The notes: generated from the letters alone by a model not told the origin. A stretch of 64,000 nt of DNA from an uncultured Gammaproteobacteria bacterium (GCA_963748215.1 CAVVHS010000002.1:1-64000); one strand, 5' to 3'. Positions 42,078 through 51,513 are shown, counted from the first letter of the stretch. Program-made: numbers and translations.

Positions 42078-43340
42078 TCAGGTAGCCGCACTCACACCAG
42101 CGACCCGGGCCATCACCTGCCGGTATTCATCACCCAGGCGCAGCAGCGTCACCAGCCACGCCAGGCATACGGCAAGCACCAGCCAGCTCAACTCGCCGGC
42201 GCTGATGCTCCACGGCAGCCACTGTGTCAGCAACAGGATCAGCACCGAGCCCAGCACCTTGAACAGCCGGTAGCCAAACATGTCGATCCAGGCCTTGGCC
42301 TGGAAAATCAACAGCGGATCGATCGGCACATACAACAGTTCCTTGGAGGCACGGTTGATGGAATACGACAGGCCGCGATCGGAGATCTTGAGGAAGGCAC
42401 CGGCCTGCAGAGTGGCATGCGACATGTACCAGAAACTGCCCGCCAGCACGGCCAGCGGCTGGGCGAACATGCCACCGAGCGCACCCAGCCAGCGGTGCAC
42501 CAGCGGCGTGATCAGCAGGTTGATGCCGATGGCGACGCCGCTCAGCAGGCTGAAGAAACCGCCCAGGTAGGCGGTGCGCGCCTCGCGATCGCTGATGGTC
42601 GCTTCCACCACCTTCATGAACTGGAATTCCACCAGCGGTTCGACCATCTGTGCCAACAGCAGTATCAACGCAATCAGGAACAGGTAGCGATGCCTGAGGA
42701 TGTCGCGCCAGTGACCGCTGTTTGCGTCGTTGTGATTGCGTACGCCGGCATGCTCGGTATACAGACCGAGCCGTCCCATCAGGAGAGTCAGCAGCACGAG
42801 CACACCGATGATGCCGGCGGCGACCAGCAGCAGGTCGGTGGTGTCGAGTTGAAATTGCGTGATGAGCACACTCGACAGGCTGCCGCCGGCCACACCGCCC
42901 AGCAGCCCGCCGGTCGCGATCAGCCCGTACCAACGCTTGCCGGCCTGCGTGTCGTAGATGGTATTGGTGAGACTCCAGAACTGCTCAACCAGGATCACAC
43001 TCAGCATGTCGACAAACATGTAAAACATGAACGCCTCAACGAATCCGCCGTTGTTGAGCTGCGGATAGAACGCCAGCAGGCAGACGATGATGATGGCACA
43101 GGTCCCGAGCACAACATTGATGCGTGAATGACGCGCGACGAGTCGGTTATAGAGGCTGATGATCAGGGCCAGCGCGACGGCGGTCGCTATCCACACATAC
43201 GGCAGGTTCGCACTGCCCAGCGAACTGATGAACAGGGAACGGCTCGCCGGCTTGAGGTGATACAGCGCCGTGATAATAAGAAAGAAATTTGTGAACAGGA
43301 GCACACAACGGCCGATATGTTCAGTGCGAAGATATGACAT
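42078..43340 (-). CDS. NTT/TLC family (ATP/ADP translocase-like) nucleotide transporter, stand-alone
   Basis: about 12 TM helices; LKPASRSLF, VEQFWSL, KRWYGLI..GG..G, YSINRASKELLYVP, AKAWID...R..K motifs characteristic of the TLC family. Confidence 0.82.
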   Translation of the reverse strand: MSYLRTEHIGRCVLLFTNFFLIITALYHLKPASRSLFISSLGSANLPYVWIATAVALALIISLYNRLVARHSRINVVLGTCAIIIVCLLAFYPQLNNGGFVEAFMFYMFVDMLSVILVEQFWSLTNTIYDTQAGKRWYGLIATGGLLGGVAGGSLSSVLITQFQLDTTDLLLVAAGIIGVLVLLTLLMGRLGLYTEHAGVRNHNDANSGHWRDILRHRYLFLIALILLLAQMVEPLVEFQFMKVVEATISDREARTAYLGGFFSLLSGVAIGINLLITPLVHRWLGALGGMFAQPLAVLAGSFWYMSHATLQAGAFLKISDRGLSYSINRASKELLYVPIDPLLIFQAKAWIDMFGYRLFKVLGSVLILLLTQWLPWSISAGELSWLVLAVCLAWLVTLLRLGDEYRQVMARVAGVSAAT

Positions 43341-43447
43341 GAGTTGTAATTGAGCAGCGTGAGAAATGAATGAGCAGTAATAAAGCTTTGACTTATATAC
43401 GTTAATCGGTTAGCATCGTTGGAATTTTTTGGGTTCAGGAGGTCGTA

Positions 43448-44365
43448 ATGCTATCGGGACTGTTAAAGGCAATTGGACTCTCTCTGGGAATAATCGTTAC
43501 CCTTCAGACAGCTTCCGCGCAAAGCTCCTTCCCCGTCCTGCGTGAAGCCAAGAATCCGTCTCTACAGGCACAGCTCGAAAACCGTCTAAAACGCCTGAAA
43601 CTTGACGGCGCTGTGCGCAGCGGCGACCTTGCCGTGGCTCTGGTCGATGTCACCGATCCCCAGCATCCACAGCTTGCCCAGGTCAACGGCGACGATATGG
43701 TGTATGCCGCGAGCCTGCCGAAGATCGCCATCCTGCTGGCGGCCTTCGAGCGTGTGCATGAAGGCAAACTGCCGCTCGATGACGAAACGCGCCAGTTGAT
43801 GACGGACATGATCCGCCATTCTTCCAACAGCGCGGCAACGACCCTCATCCAGAAGGTCGGACGCAAGTATATCAACAATGTTTTACGCTCGCCGAAATAT
43901 CGCCTGTACGACCCGGCCCACAACGGCGGCCTGTGGGTAGGCAAGGAGTATGCACAGGGCGTGGCCTATCAGCGTGACCCGCTGCATAACCTGTCGCACG
44001 GTGCCACAGCCATCCAGGTGGCGCGCTTCTATTACCTGCTTGAAACCGGTCAACTGGTAACGCCGGAGCTCTCCAGGGAGATGAAGGCGATTCTGGGGAA
44101 TCCGGGTATCCACCATAAATTCGTGAAAGGACTGGAAGCCAACTTCCCCGATGCACAGATCTACCGCAAGTCCGGCAGCTGGCGCAACTGGCACGCCGAC
44201 AGCGCCATTGTCGAGCACGCGGGCCGCACCTATATCGCCGTTGCGCTGGCGCAAAGCCCGCAGGGCGGCGAATGGCTGAAGAACCTGATCTGCGAACTGG
44301 ATGGCATCATTTTGCAGCAGCCGGTGCGGACCGCCAGTCTGTCAAGAGCCGGTGCAGCCGAGTAG
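43448..44365 (+). CDS. exported serine hydrolase, class A beta-lactamase/PBP fold
   Basis: signal peptide (ASA); SxxK (SLPK), SxN (SSN), KSG. Confidence 0.87.
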   Translation: MLSGLLKAIGLSLGIIVTLQTASAQSSFPVLREAKNPSLQAQLENRLKRLKLDGAVRSGDLAVALVDVTDPQHPQLAQVNGDDMVYAASLPKIAILLAAFERVHEGKLPLDDETRQLMTDMIRHSSNSAATTLIQKVGRKYINNVLRSPKYRLYDPAHNGGLWVGKEYAQGVAYQRDPLHNLSHGATAIQVARFYYLLETGQLVTPELSREMKAILGNPGIHHKFVKGLEANFPDAQIYRKSGSWRNWHADSAIVEHAGRTYIAVALAQSPQGGEWLKNLICELDGIILQQPVRTASLSRAGAAE

Positions 44366-45602
44366 CGAACGTCTGGTGCTCGACCGCCGAGTTTTTCTTC
44401 AGCACATTCGAAGTCAGCGAAACCATGTAGAACATCCGCGGCTCGCCCGCGGGTGATTCCACAATCGCAACCGAGTTCATCAGGTTATCCCGGTTCCCCA
44501 TATATTTCTTGCACACATAGCCTTCCTCCGCCTGGCAGCGGTACAGCGATCCCGACTTGAAATACAGCGCCGCGTCGTTCAGTGCCGGCGACGAGGCATA
44601 GCGTATGCGACGCTGGGTGATATACATCAGGCGCTTGATCTGCAGGCTCGACCAGGCATCGACCAGCCGACCCTGTTCCAGCAGCAGCAGGTAATGCATC
44701 AGCTCGCGCGTGGTGGCAATGCTGTTGGTGCCCGGCACACGGCGCTTGCCTTCTGACGTGAAGAAACTGCCCTGACGCAGGCTCTCAATGTCCAGCCCGT
44801 TGCGTGTCAACGGCGTCAGCAAACTATCGACCAGCAACTCACCGAGCGCCTTGCGCCCGGTGTCACGAAAGAACGCCGCTTCCTGCTCGGCAGACACCGG
44901 GTAGGCGGCGCCAAAGTGGCGCAACAGCAGCAACTGCTTGATCACCATGCTCGCGGCCGCATTGGAACTGGCCGACAGCATCCAGTCCAGGTAGGTCCAC
45001 AGATTTCCGGTATCGCCCGTGCGCAATTCACGGCGCGGCATGCGATTCAGCTCCGGTTTCCAGAACGGCACCTCGTGGTGATCGGTGCGGATGAAGGCAT
45101 CGGCAGTGACCTGCGTGTCCCTGAGCACGCGTATTCGCGCCTCGATGTCATCGGGATATATGTCAGCCAGTGCCTGGAACACCGCCAGTGCCACCATCAG
45201 CTTGCCGACACTGCCGGGATTGCGACGCGTGAGCCCGTTGTGTTCCGCAAAAACGGGATGGTCCGGATCGCTGAGATCCAGCACGCTGACACTGTAGTGC
45301 TTCGCCTCGGCACCGAGCAATGCGACGATCCTGCGTGTCAGGTCGGGATCGGCTTCAGGCAGTCGTAAATCCGCTTGCTGCTGCAGGCGCAGCTGGATCT
45401 GACCGGTATTCAGCAACGCCCCTGGCCGCAAGCGGTTTCCCGCCACCTTGCCTTCACTGGCGAGGCGGTAACCTTCCAGCCGGGCGATCCCCGTCTCGGC
45501 GTAACCGTCGACGGGGTAGGCCCAGGCCTGACCCGTGACGCCAGCCAGCACGGCAGCTGCCATCAGCCAGCGATTGAAACAGTCCCTTGAAATTATAGTC
45601 AT
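44307..45602 (-). CDS. exported serine hydrolase, beta-lactamase/PBP fold with insertions
   Basis: signal peptide (AWA); SxxK (SVGK), SSN, KSG; Cys pair after KSG; start uncertain (45602 or 45617). Confidence 0.83.
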   Translation of the reverse strand: MTIISRDCFNRWLMAAAVLAGVTGQAWAYPVDGYAETGIARLEGYRLASEGKVAGNRLRPGALLNTGQIQLRLQQQADLRLPEADPDLTRRIVALLGAEAKHYSVSVLDLSDPDHPVFAEHNGLTRRNPGSVGKLMVALAVFQALADIYPDDIEARIRVLRDTQVTADAFIRTDHHEVPFWKPELNRMPRRELRTGDTGNLWTYLDWMLSASSNAAASMVIKQLLLLRHFGAAYPVSAEQEAAFFRDTGRKALGELLVDSLLTPLTRNGLDIESLRQGSFFTSEGKRRVPGTNSIATTRELMHYLLLLEQGRLVDAWSSLQIKRLMYITQRRIRYASSPALNDAALYFKSGSLYRCQAEEGYVCKKYMGNRDNLMNSVAIVESPAGEPRMFYMVSLTSNVLKKNSAVEHQTFATRLHRLLTDWRSAPAAAK

Positions 45603-45781
45603 CTGAATTTTACACATCGTTCCTTATCACCTGACATTCTCCCGTGTCGTCATAGCGTGGTACGAAGTGAGCAGGAAATCCACCATCGGCGTGCCCTTGC
45701 ACAGAGAGCAGTCTCGCACCAGGAATTGCCTGGCTGTATTTGCAATGACGAGGTTCATGAACGTCCGGAGCCAACCTGATA

Positions 45782-48763
45782 CTAGTCCGCAACGGGGGGC
45801 AGTGGCGACTGACGCAGGTCAACCACGGCATCCGGTCCACTGTCGCCGCTGCGATCGATGTCAATCAGGTACTGGCTGCGCCGCGCACGCTGGCTTTCAA
45901 CGAAGGGGCGGATCTGGAACAGGGCGAGTTTGCCATCGCGAAATCCGAACTCGATATCCGCCGGCGCCGGCAACGCGCCCTTGCCCTGAGCAACCGGCAT
46001 CGGGAAGCGCCGCTCCACGTCATCCGACAGCCTCCGCAGCTGCTCGATCTCGTCCGGCTCCAGCACCTGCGCCCGACCGCTGGCCGGCACCTTGCGCATG
46101 CCACCGGCAGCTTCGGGTTCGGCACGCAACGGTGCCGTGGCCTGCGCCAGCAATCGTACCTCGCCGGCGGTGCGTCGCACCCGCAGTTCCTCGGCCGCCT
46201 GCCCTTCAACCGCACCGCCAACGCCTTCGCTGACCGCAATCGACAACCACTGGCGATCGCCGTTTTCCACGTCCGCCGTCACCAGCACGCCGGATTTATC
46301 CGAGGCAAAAGTCTTGAGGAGCAGCACCGCCGGGTAAACATGCTCCGGCTGCTCCATGTGCGCCTGGCGCCAGGCGTAGGCACGCTCCGTGAACGGCGAG
46401 GCCCATACCTTTTGAATGGCCTGCACGACGGCATCGAAGCCGACCACGTTGGGAACGGTGAGATTCAGGCCGGCACCGGTGAAACCGGGCAGGTCCTCGA
46501 CATTGGTGTCGCTGCGCACGAAGACACCGACCGTCTCGGCATCACCGAAGGCCTGCTGCATGGCAGCGCGCAGCTGTTCGCGGAACGCCGTTCCCGGCTC
46601 GGCACTGCTGATCCACTGGCGCAACCGTTCCAGAAACTGGCGCGTCTCGGCCTGGCGCTGCGCACCGTCCGGCAACGCGCGTAACCGCGTGTATTGCGCA
46701 CGCAGCCAGTCAAAGGCGGAGGATCCACCCGCCTCGATCGGCTGGTCCAGCAGGGCACGGAACACACCGAACGGTATGACCACGCCGGGATTCACCGCGT
46801 CCGGATAATGATGCAGCAACTCACCGAGATTGGCGGCCTTGGGACCGACGATGCGTCCGGAATCCGTGGCACGGATGGCGTCCAGCAGCAGCGGGGCGGT
46901 ATACGCAAGATCGAGCTTCTGCAGGTCCGGCCGGATCACCACATCGGCATCAAGCGCCTCGCGGCCGAAAATCCGGTCCCAGTGCGGGCCGTCGGTGGAG
47001 ATCTGTACCGTGCCGCGCGGGCTGACCGCAAGCACGATGCGCTCGCCGATGTGCGGCTGGAATTGCTCGACCAGCCGGTCGTCCACCACGACATTCGGGA
47101 TACCGAGATTGCGCGCCAGCAATTGCACGTGCGACAGCGAGCTGCCCTCGCCGCGGGTAAGAATGCCGGCAATCGGCGGCAACTCCGGCGTAGTCGATGG
47201 CAACAGATAGATACCATCCTTGCGAAAGTCCTCACCTTCCCGCGGCGCGGCAAGCAGTACGCCGCGCCGCAGGCCTGGATTGAGTGCGCGCAGTCCGCCG
47301 GCAAGCTTGCGCTCGAACAGGTATTGCCGGGTGCCGACCAGCTGGGCAGCGTCCTGCATCAGGACGTCCAGCACGCGTGTATAGGCAAGCAGCGGACTGC
47401 CACGCAGCCGATCCGGGACGTAGTGCGCCGCCGACGGCGTCAGGTCGAGCCACTGCTCGACCGTTGGTTCGAAATGGAATTCCAGCGCACGCTGCGCCCA
47501 TTGCGGCACGCGTGCCAGGTAGCTCAGCGTACTGTAGTAGTCCTCGGTGCCGGGCATGTCGCTGGCCTCGATGGCACCAAGCCGCTCGTCCAGGAAGCCC
47601 CACTGCCGGTCTGACAGGAACCCGCTGGCCTGCAGCGATACCGCCAGGCTGCGCAGCCACTGCAGGCGCGTGAGACGATCGACAGCGGGCATCTGCTCCA
47701 GCAACTGGTTGGCAGCGGCATAGACTTCCTGCTCCAGGGCAAGATTTGCCTGCAGCAGCCGTAGCTGGTTGGGTGGACTGAAACGATTGGTCTGCGGCAT
47801 CAGCCTGCGCAGCTGTAATGCAGCTTCCGCGGCGCTGCGCAGACGCACCTGCAGGTCCGGTGCGTCACGCAGGCTGGCGATGATTTCATTCAGGATTGGC
47901 GCGATCGGCTTGCTGCCACGTTCGGAGATCAGCGCTTCCAGCTGCAGGACGGCCGTGCGCGGCGCATACAGCGTATCGAGTTCGGCCGCGAGGCGCCGGT
48001 ACTGCCCCGCCAGTTTCGACAGGCCTTGCCTGGCGGCATAATCACGCACCCGCTGCGGATCGCTGGCATCCGGAAGGCCGTGCAGCTTCACGCGTAACGT
48101 CTGGAAATCCGGATCGGCATCGGCGATCTCGATCGCGAGCTGGCGCACGGTGACGGCAGTGGGCGGTTCCGTGCCGACAGGCAGCAGGCGCGCGGCCTCG
48201 CGCAGCAGCAGGTAGCGCGCCGGATCCAGCCAGTCCGGATCCTGCACCATGGCCAGCAGCAACAGGCGGGCCGCGGCGCGCTCGTCCTCGACCTGCAGGG
48301 CACCGCGATAGAAACGGGCCTGGCGGAACACCCAGCCGTCATCGTTCAGGATCAGAAACTGCTCCAGCAGCACCTGGCGCAGCACGTCAAGCTGCGGATA
48401 GGCACCGACGAACTTCAAGGCATTCAGGTCCGTCAGCAGGGTGGCGATCAGATAGCCCTGGTCGCGAATGGCAAGGGTATGCGCATTCCACTCGCCATGC
48501 TGCACACCCCCGCCGTGCTCGACGCAGGCGCCCTCTTTCGGTGGCAAGATACTGCCGTCGAAGCAGAACCAGCGGATGCGCTCGAACGGACCGCGCGAGG
48601 CCGCCTTCATCTGACTGATCCAGCTCCGCATCTGCTGCAGGTCGGGCACGGGCGGAGTGGCGTCGGCCGCGACCGGGAGCGAGGCAAACACACATACTGC
48701 CAGCACCAGTGCCGGCAGCAGACGACGGGGAGACAGATGAGATTGTATGTACAGGATTGGCAT
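45782..48763 (-). CDS. exported PEP-utiliser-family dikinase with glucan-water-dikinase-like domain order
   Basis: signal peptide; phospho-His motif GSSLSHVQLLARNLGIP; C-terminal PPDK_N ATP-grasp GPKAANL, VRSDTNVEDLPGFTGAG, VWAS, DIEF, FQIRP. Confidence 0.85.
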   Translation of the reverse strand: MPILYIQSHLSPRRLLPALVLAVCVFASLPVAADATPPVPDLQQMRSWISQMKAASRGPFERIRWFCFDGSILPPKEGACVEHGGGVQHGEWNAHTLAIRDQGYLIATLLTDLNALKFVGAYPQLDVLRQVLLEQFLILNDDGWVFRQARFYRGALQVEDERAAARLLLLAMVQDPDWLDPARYLLLREAARLLPVGTEPPTAVTVRQLAIEIADADPDFQTLRVKLHGLPDASDPQRVRDYAARQGLSKLAGQYRRLAAELDTLYAPRTAVLQLEALISERGSKPIAPILNEIIASLRDAPDLQVRLRSAAEAALQLRRLMPQTNRFSPPNQLRLLQANLALEQEVYAAANQLLEQMPAVDRLTRLQWLRSLAVSLQASGFLSDRQWGFLDERLGAIEASDMPGTEDYYSTLSYLARVPQWAQRALEFHFEPTVEQWLDLTPSAAHYVPDRLRGSPLLAYTRVLDVLMQDAAQLVGTRQYLFERKLAGGLRALNPGLRRGVLLAAPREGEDFRKDGIYLLPSTTPELPPIAGILTRGEGSSLSHVQLLARNLGIPNVVVDDRLVEQFQPHIGERIVLAVSPRGTVQISTDGPHWDRIFGREALDADVVIRPDLQKLDLAYTAPLLLDAIRATDSGRIVGPKAANLGELLHHYPDAVNPGVVIPFGVFRALLDQPIEAGGSSAFDWLRAQYTRLRALPDGAQRQAETRQFLERLRQWISSAEPGTAFREQLRAAMQQAFGDAETVGVFVRSDTNVEDLPGFTGAGLNLTVPNVVGFDAVVQAIQKVWASPFTERAYAWRQAHMEQPEHVYPAVLLLKTFASDKSGVLVTADVENGDRQWLSIAVSEGVGGAVEGQAAEELRVRRTAGEVRLLAQATAPLRAEPEAAGGMRKVPASGRAQVLEPDEIEQLRRLSDDVERRFPMPVAQGKGALPAPADIEFGFRDGKLALFQIRPFVESQRARRSQYLIDIDRSGDSGPDAVVDLRQSPLPPVAD

Positions 48764-49109
48764 ATTCAGGGGACCGGCCGTTCCGGACAGTACCGGGCAG
48801 GTTCGCGGTCAGACGAAGATAAAACCGGCGTCAGGCGTAATATCGAAACAATGCTGTCGGGTGACTCATAATAAACAACACTTTAGCGGGTCGTGCCGTG
48901 CAGTTGCAACCTCCATACCCGGCGACGGACAGCCAGAGTTACCGAAAGCGACGATCCGACCCGTCACACAAGCGGCAATTCACGGATTTACATGGATAAT
49001 TAAAGCGTAACGCGCGCGGAACGAAAACCCCCTTGGCCCGGGAAGCACCCTGCATGAGATGCGGGTGTGACACAAACCATCTCAACCCGGCCTTGCCTTC
49101 CCGAATGGG

Positions 49110-49898
49110 TCATTTAACCTCTTCGAAGTAGTCATACTCATAATTCACATCGAAACTGCCATCCCCGTCCGAATCATATTCAGCGGAAACCAGTTTTCCC
49201 ATATGAAATCTCTGGCGTTTTTTACGCCGGTCCCGGCCTTCGCCGAGGATTATGACCTCTTCGAGATTGCCGTACCTGAACGTGGCCCTGAGATCCGTAT
49301 CCCCGTCCTGGTTCAGATCCGACGTCTGGAAACCCGCCTGGCCGTCCACATAGGTATAGCGTGTTTCATAGACTCCGTCGAAATCGTCATCGTGCTCGGC
49401 AGTTTTCACCAGGCCGTGGCGATCGTAGTGATAGACAAGATCGGTTTTAGCGTCGTAATTCCTGTCGACTTCCAGCCGGCTCATCCGCTTGTCCCGGTAA
49501 ATCCACTTCTCATCCGGCACCCCGTCGCCGTTTACATCGATACCTTCCTCGGTAACCGGGGTGTTATACGCCCAGAACATTACACCGCCGCCAACCACAA
49601 GGCCGGCGATGAATCCGGCAATACCGCTGGCCGGCTTGCGGGCTGCCGTTGCTGATTCCTGTTCGACCTGGATCGACTCCCAGTCACTGATTATCTGCCG
49701 CGCCCGCGGATAATCCGGCTCGTCGACCATGACCCGTACCAGGTTGATCGCCTGCAGCTCGCCCACACCGCCCGGCAGGTACTCGCCGTCCACCCTGCCG
49801 GTGATGCCTTCCTGCTCCAGCAAATTCAGGATCATGTGCGCGTCCAGCGCGGTCGCGGCCTCGTAAACGCTTTTCACTTGCTGCCCGGCCCGACGCAT
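49110..49898 (-). CDS. DUF2007 domain membrane protein with DxDxDG-like repeats
   Basis: N-terminal DAHMILNLLEQEGI...GELQ...RVMV; TM helix; five D-x-[DN]-x-D-[GA] loops. Confidence 0.75.
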   Translation of the reverse strand: MRRAGQQVKSVYEAATALDAHMILNLLEQEGITGRVDGEYLPGGVGELQAINLVRVMVDEPDYPRARQIISDWESIQVEQESATAARKPASGIAGFIAGLVVGGGVMFWAYNTPVTEEGIDVNGDGVPDEKWIYRDKRMSRLEVDRNYDAKTDLVYHYDRHGLVKTAEHDDDFDGVYETRYTYVDGQAGFQTSDLNQDGDTDLRATFRYGNLEEVIILGEGRDRRKKRQRFHMGKLVSAEYDSDGDGSFDVNYEYDYFEEVK

Positions 49899-49932
49899 TC
49901 ATCGACAGATGGCACGGCACGGCGTTGCTGTC

Positions 49933-51513
49933 TCATTCGCCCTTCCAGAACACGTGGTACAGATCATGCCGCCGGTCGCGCAGGTTCTTCACCGTGCCAT
50001 TGTTGCGGGCATCGAGCAGGGTTGCCGGACGCAGGTCGGCTATCGCTACCATTTCCGTGTTGGGTGTCGTGTCAGCGGCAATGCCGTCACGCGCGAACGG
50101 CAGGTCGCATGGGGTCAGGATGCAGCTCTGGGCATACTGGATGTCCATGTTCGCCACGTTCGGCAGGTTGCCGCAGTTGCCTGCCATGACCACGTACACC
50201 TGGTTTTCCACGGCGCGGGACTGGCAGCAGTAACGCACCCGCAGGTAGCTCTGGCGCTCGTCGGTGCAAAACGGCACGAACAGGATCTGCGCGCCCTGGT
50301 CGGTCAGGTGGCGCGCCAGTTCCGGAAACTCCGCATCGTAGCAGATCAGCACACCGATCGGCCCGCAATCGGTCTGGATCACATCCAGCTCGCTGCCGCC
50401 CTCGATGTTCCACCACCAGGCCTCGTTCGGCGTCGGATGGATTTTCGCCTGCGTGTGGATGCTGCCGTCGCGCAGGAACACGTAGCAGATGTTTTCCACC
50501 CGCCCGTTCGGCATATGCGTCGGGTGCGAGCCACCGATGATATTGATGTTGTAGCGCAGGGCGAGGTCGCGCATGGCCTCGGTGAACTGCGGGGTATACC
50601 GGGTCAGCGCGTCGATGGCCTGCACCGGTGTCAGTTGCTGCGATTCCATGGACAGCAGCTGCAAGCTGAAGAGCTCGGGAAAGACCACGAAGTCACCCTT
50701 GTAATCGGCGACCACGTCGACGAAGTAACGCACGATATCGATGAATTCCTCGAACGACTTCACGCGCCGCTGCTTGTACTGCACGGCGCCGATCCGCACG
50801 CAGTCAGGCAAGCGTCCACCATAGGACTTTTCCTGCGTCCCGGCCTCCTCCTGCCGGACCTTCGGATTGCGCCAGGCCATGTGGATGCCGTAGCCGAGCG
50901 ATTGCGTATCCACGTCCAGGTAGTGCGGAATGATGCCGATGACTTCAAAGCCGTTGCGCAACTGGAAGGACAGCACCGGGTCGCGCTGTGATTTGTCCTT
51001 TATCGCATCGATGTAGGCCTCCACTGTGCCGAAACGCTTGATGCGCCGCGCCAGAGTGGGCAGTCGCCCGGCGAACACGATGCCTTTCAGGCCCAGGTCC
51101 TGCGCCAGCCGCTTGCGCGCGTTATACAGGCGCTGCCCGATACGGTAGCCGCGGAAATCCGGGTCGACGCACACCTCCATGCCATACAGCCACTCGCCCG
51201 CAGGGTCGTGGGTGGAGGCATAGCCGTTACCGGTGATCGCACCCCAGGTGTGCGTCTTCATGCACACCTGCTCGCTGACCCGCAGGGTGGCGCAGTAGCC
51301 GACGATCCGCTCGCCGGCCGTCACCACGAACTGGCCGGCGGGAAAGTGGTTGAGCTGGCCGGTCAGCATCGGTTCCGAATGACCGTACATGCCGGTGTCG
51401 CGATAGACGCGCGAGGACAGCGCAGCGATCTGCGGGATGTCCTCCATCACAGCATTGCGCACCTGCAGCTGGAGTTTCTGGTTCGCGAGTGGACTGGCGG
51501 TTTTTTTACTCAT
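49933..51513 (-). CDS. bifunctional GNAT acetyltransferase / carbon-nitrogen hydrolase
   Basis: VCVDPDFRGYRIGQRLY (GNAT); FPE, AKIH, ICYD nitrilase catalytic triad. Confidence 0.9.
   Translation of the reverse strand: MSKKTASPLANQKLQLQVRNAVMEDIPQIAALSSRVYRDTGMYGHSEPMLTGQLNHFPAGQFVVTAGERIVGYCATLRVSEQVCMKTHTWGAITGNGYASTHDPAGEWLYGMEVCVDPDFRGYRIGQRLYNARKRLAQDLGLKGIVFAGRLPTLARRIKRFGTVEAYIDAIKDKSQRDPVLSFQLRNGFEVIGIIPHYLDVDTQSLGYGIHMAWRNPKVRQEEAGTQEKSYGGRLPDCVRIGAVQYKQRRVKSFEEFIDIVRYFVDVVADYKGDFVVFPELFSLQLLSMESQQLTPVQAIDALTRYTPQFTEAMRDLALRYNINIIGGSHPTHMPNGRVENICYVFLRDGSIHTQAKIHPTPNEAWWWNIEGGSELDVIQTDCGPIGVLICYDAEFPELARHLTDQGAQILFVPFCTDERQSYLRVRYCCQSRAVENQVYVVMAGNCGNLPNVANMDIQYAQSCILTPCDLPFARDGIAADTTPNTEMVAIADLRPATLLDARNNGTVKNLRDRRHDLYHVFWKGE

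Noticed and set aside
43448-44365. Class A beta-lactamase resistance gene
   Set aside because: SSN instead of SDN and no ExxLN omega-loop motif; called only as a PBP-fold serine hydrolase.
45782-48763. PEP synthase or rifampin phosphotransferase
   Set aside because: Domain order is reversed, there is no pyruvate-binding barrel, and it has a signal peptide.
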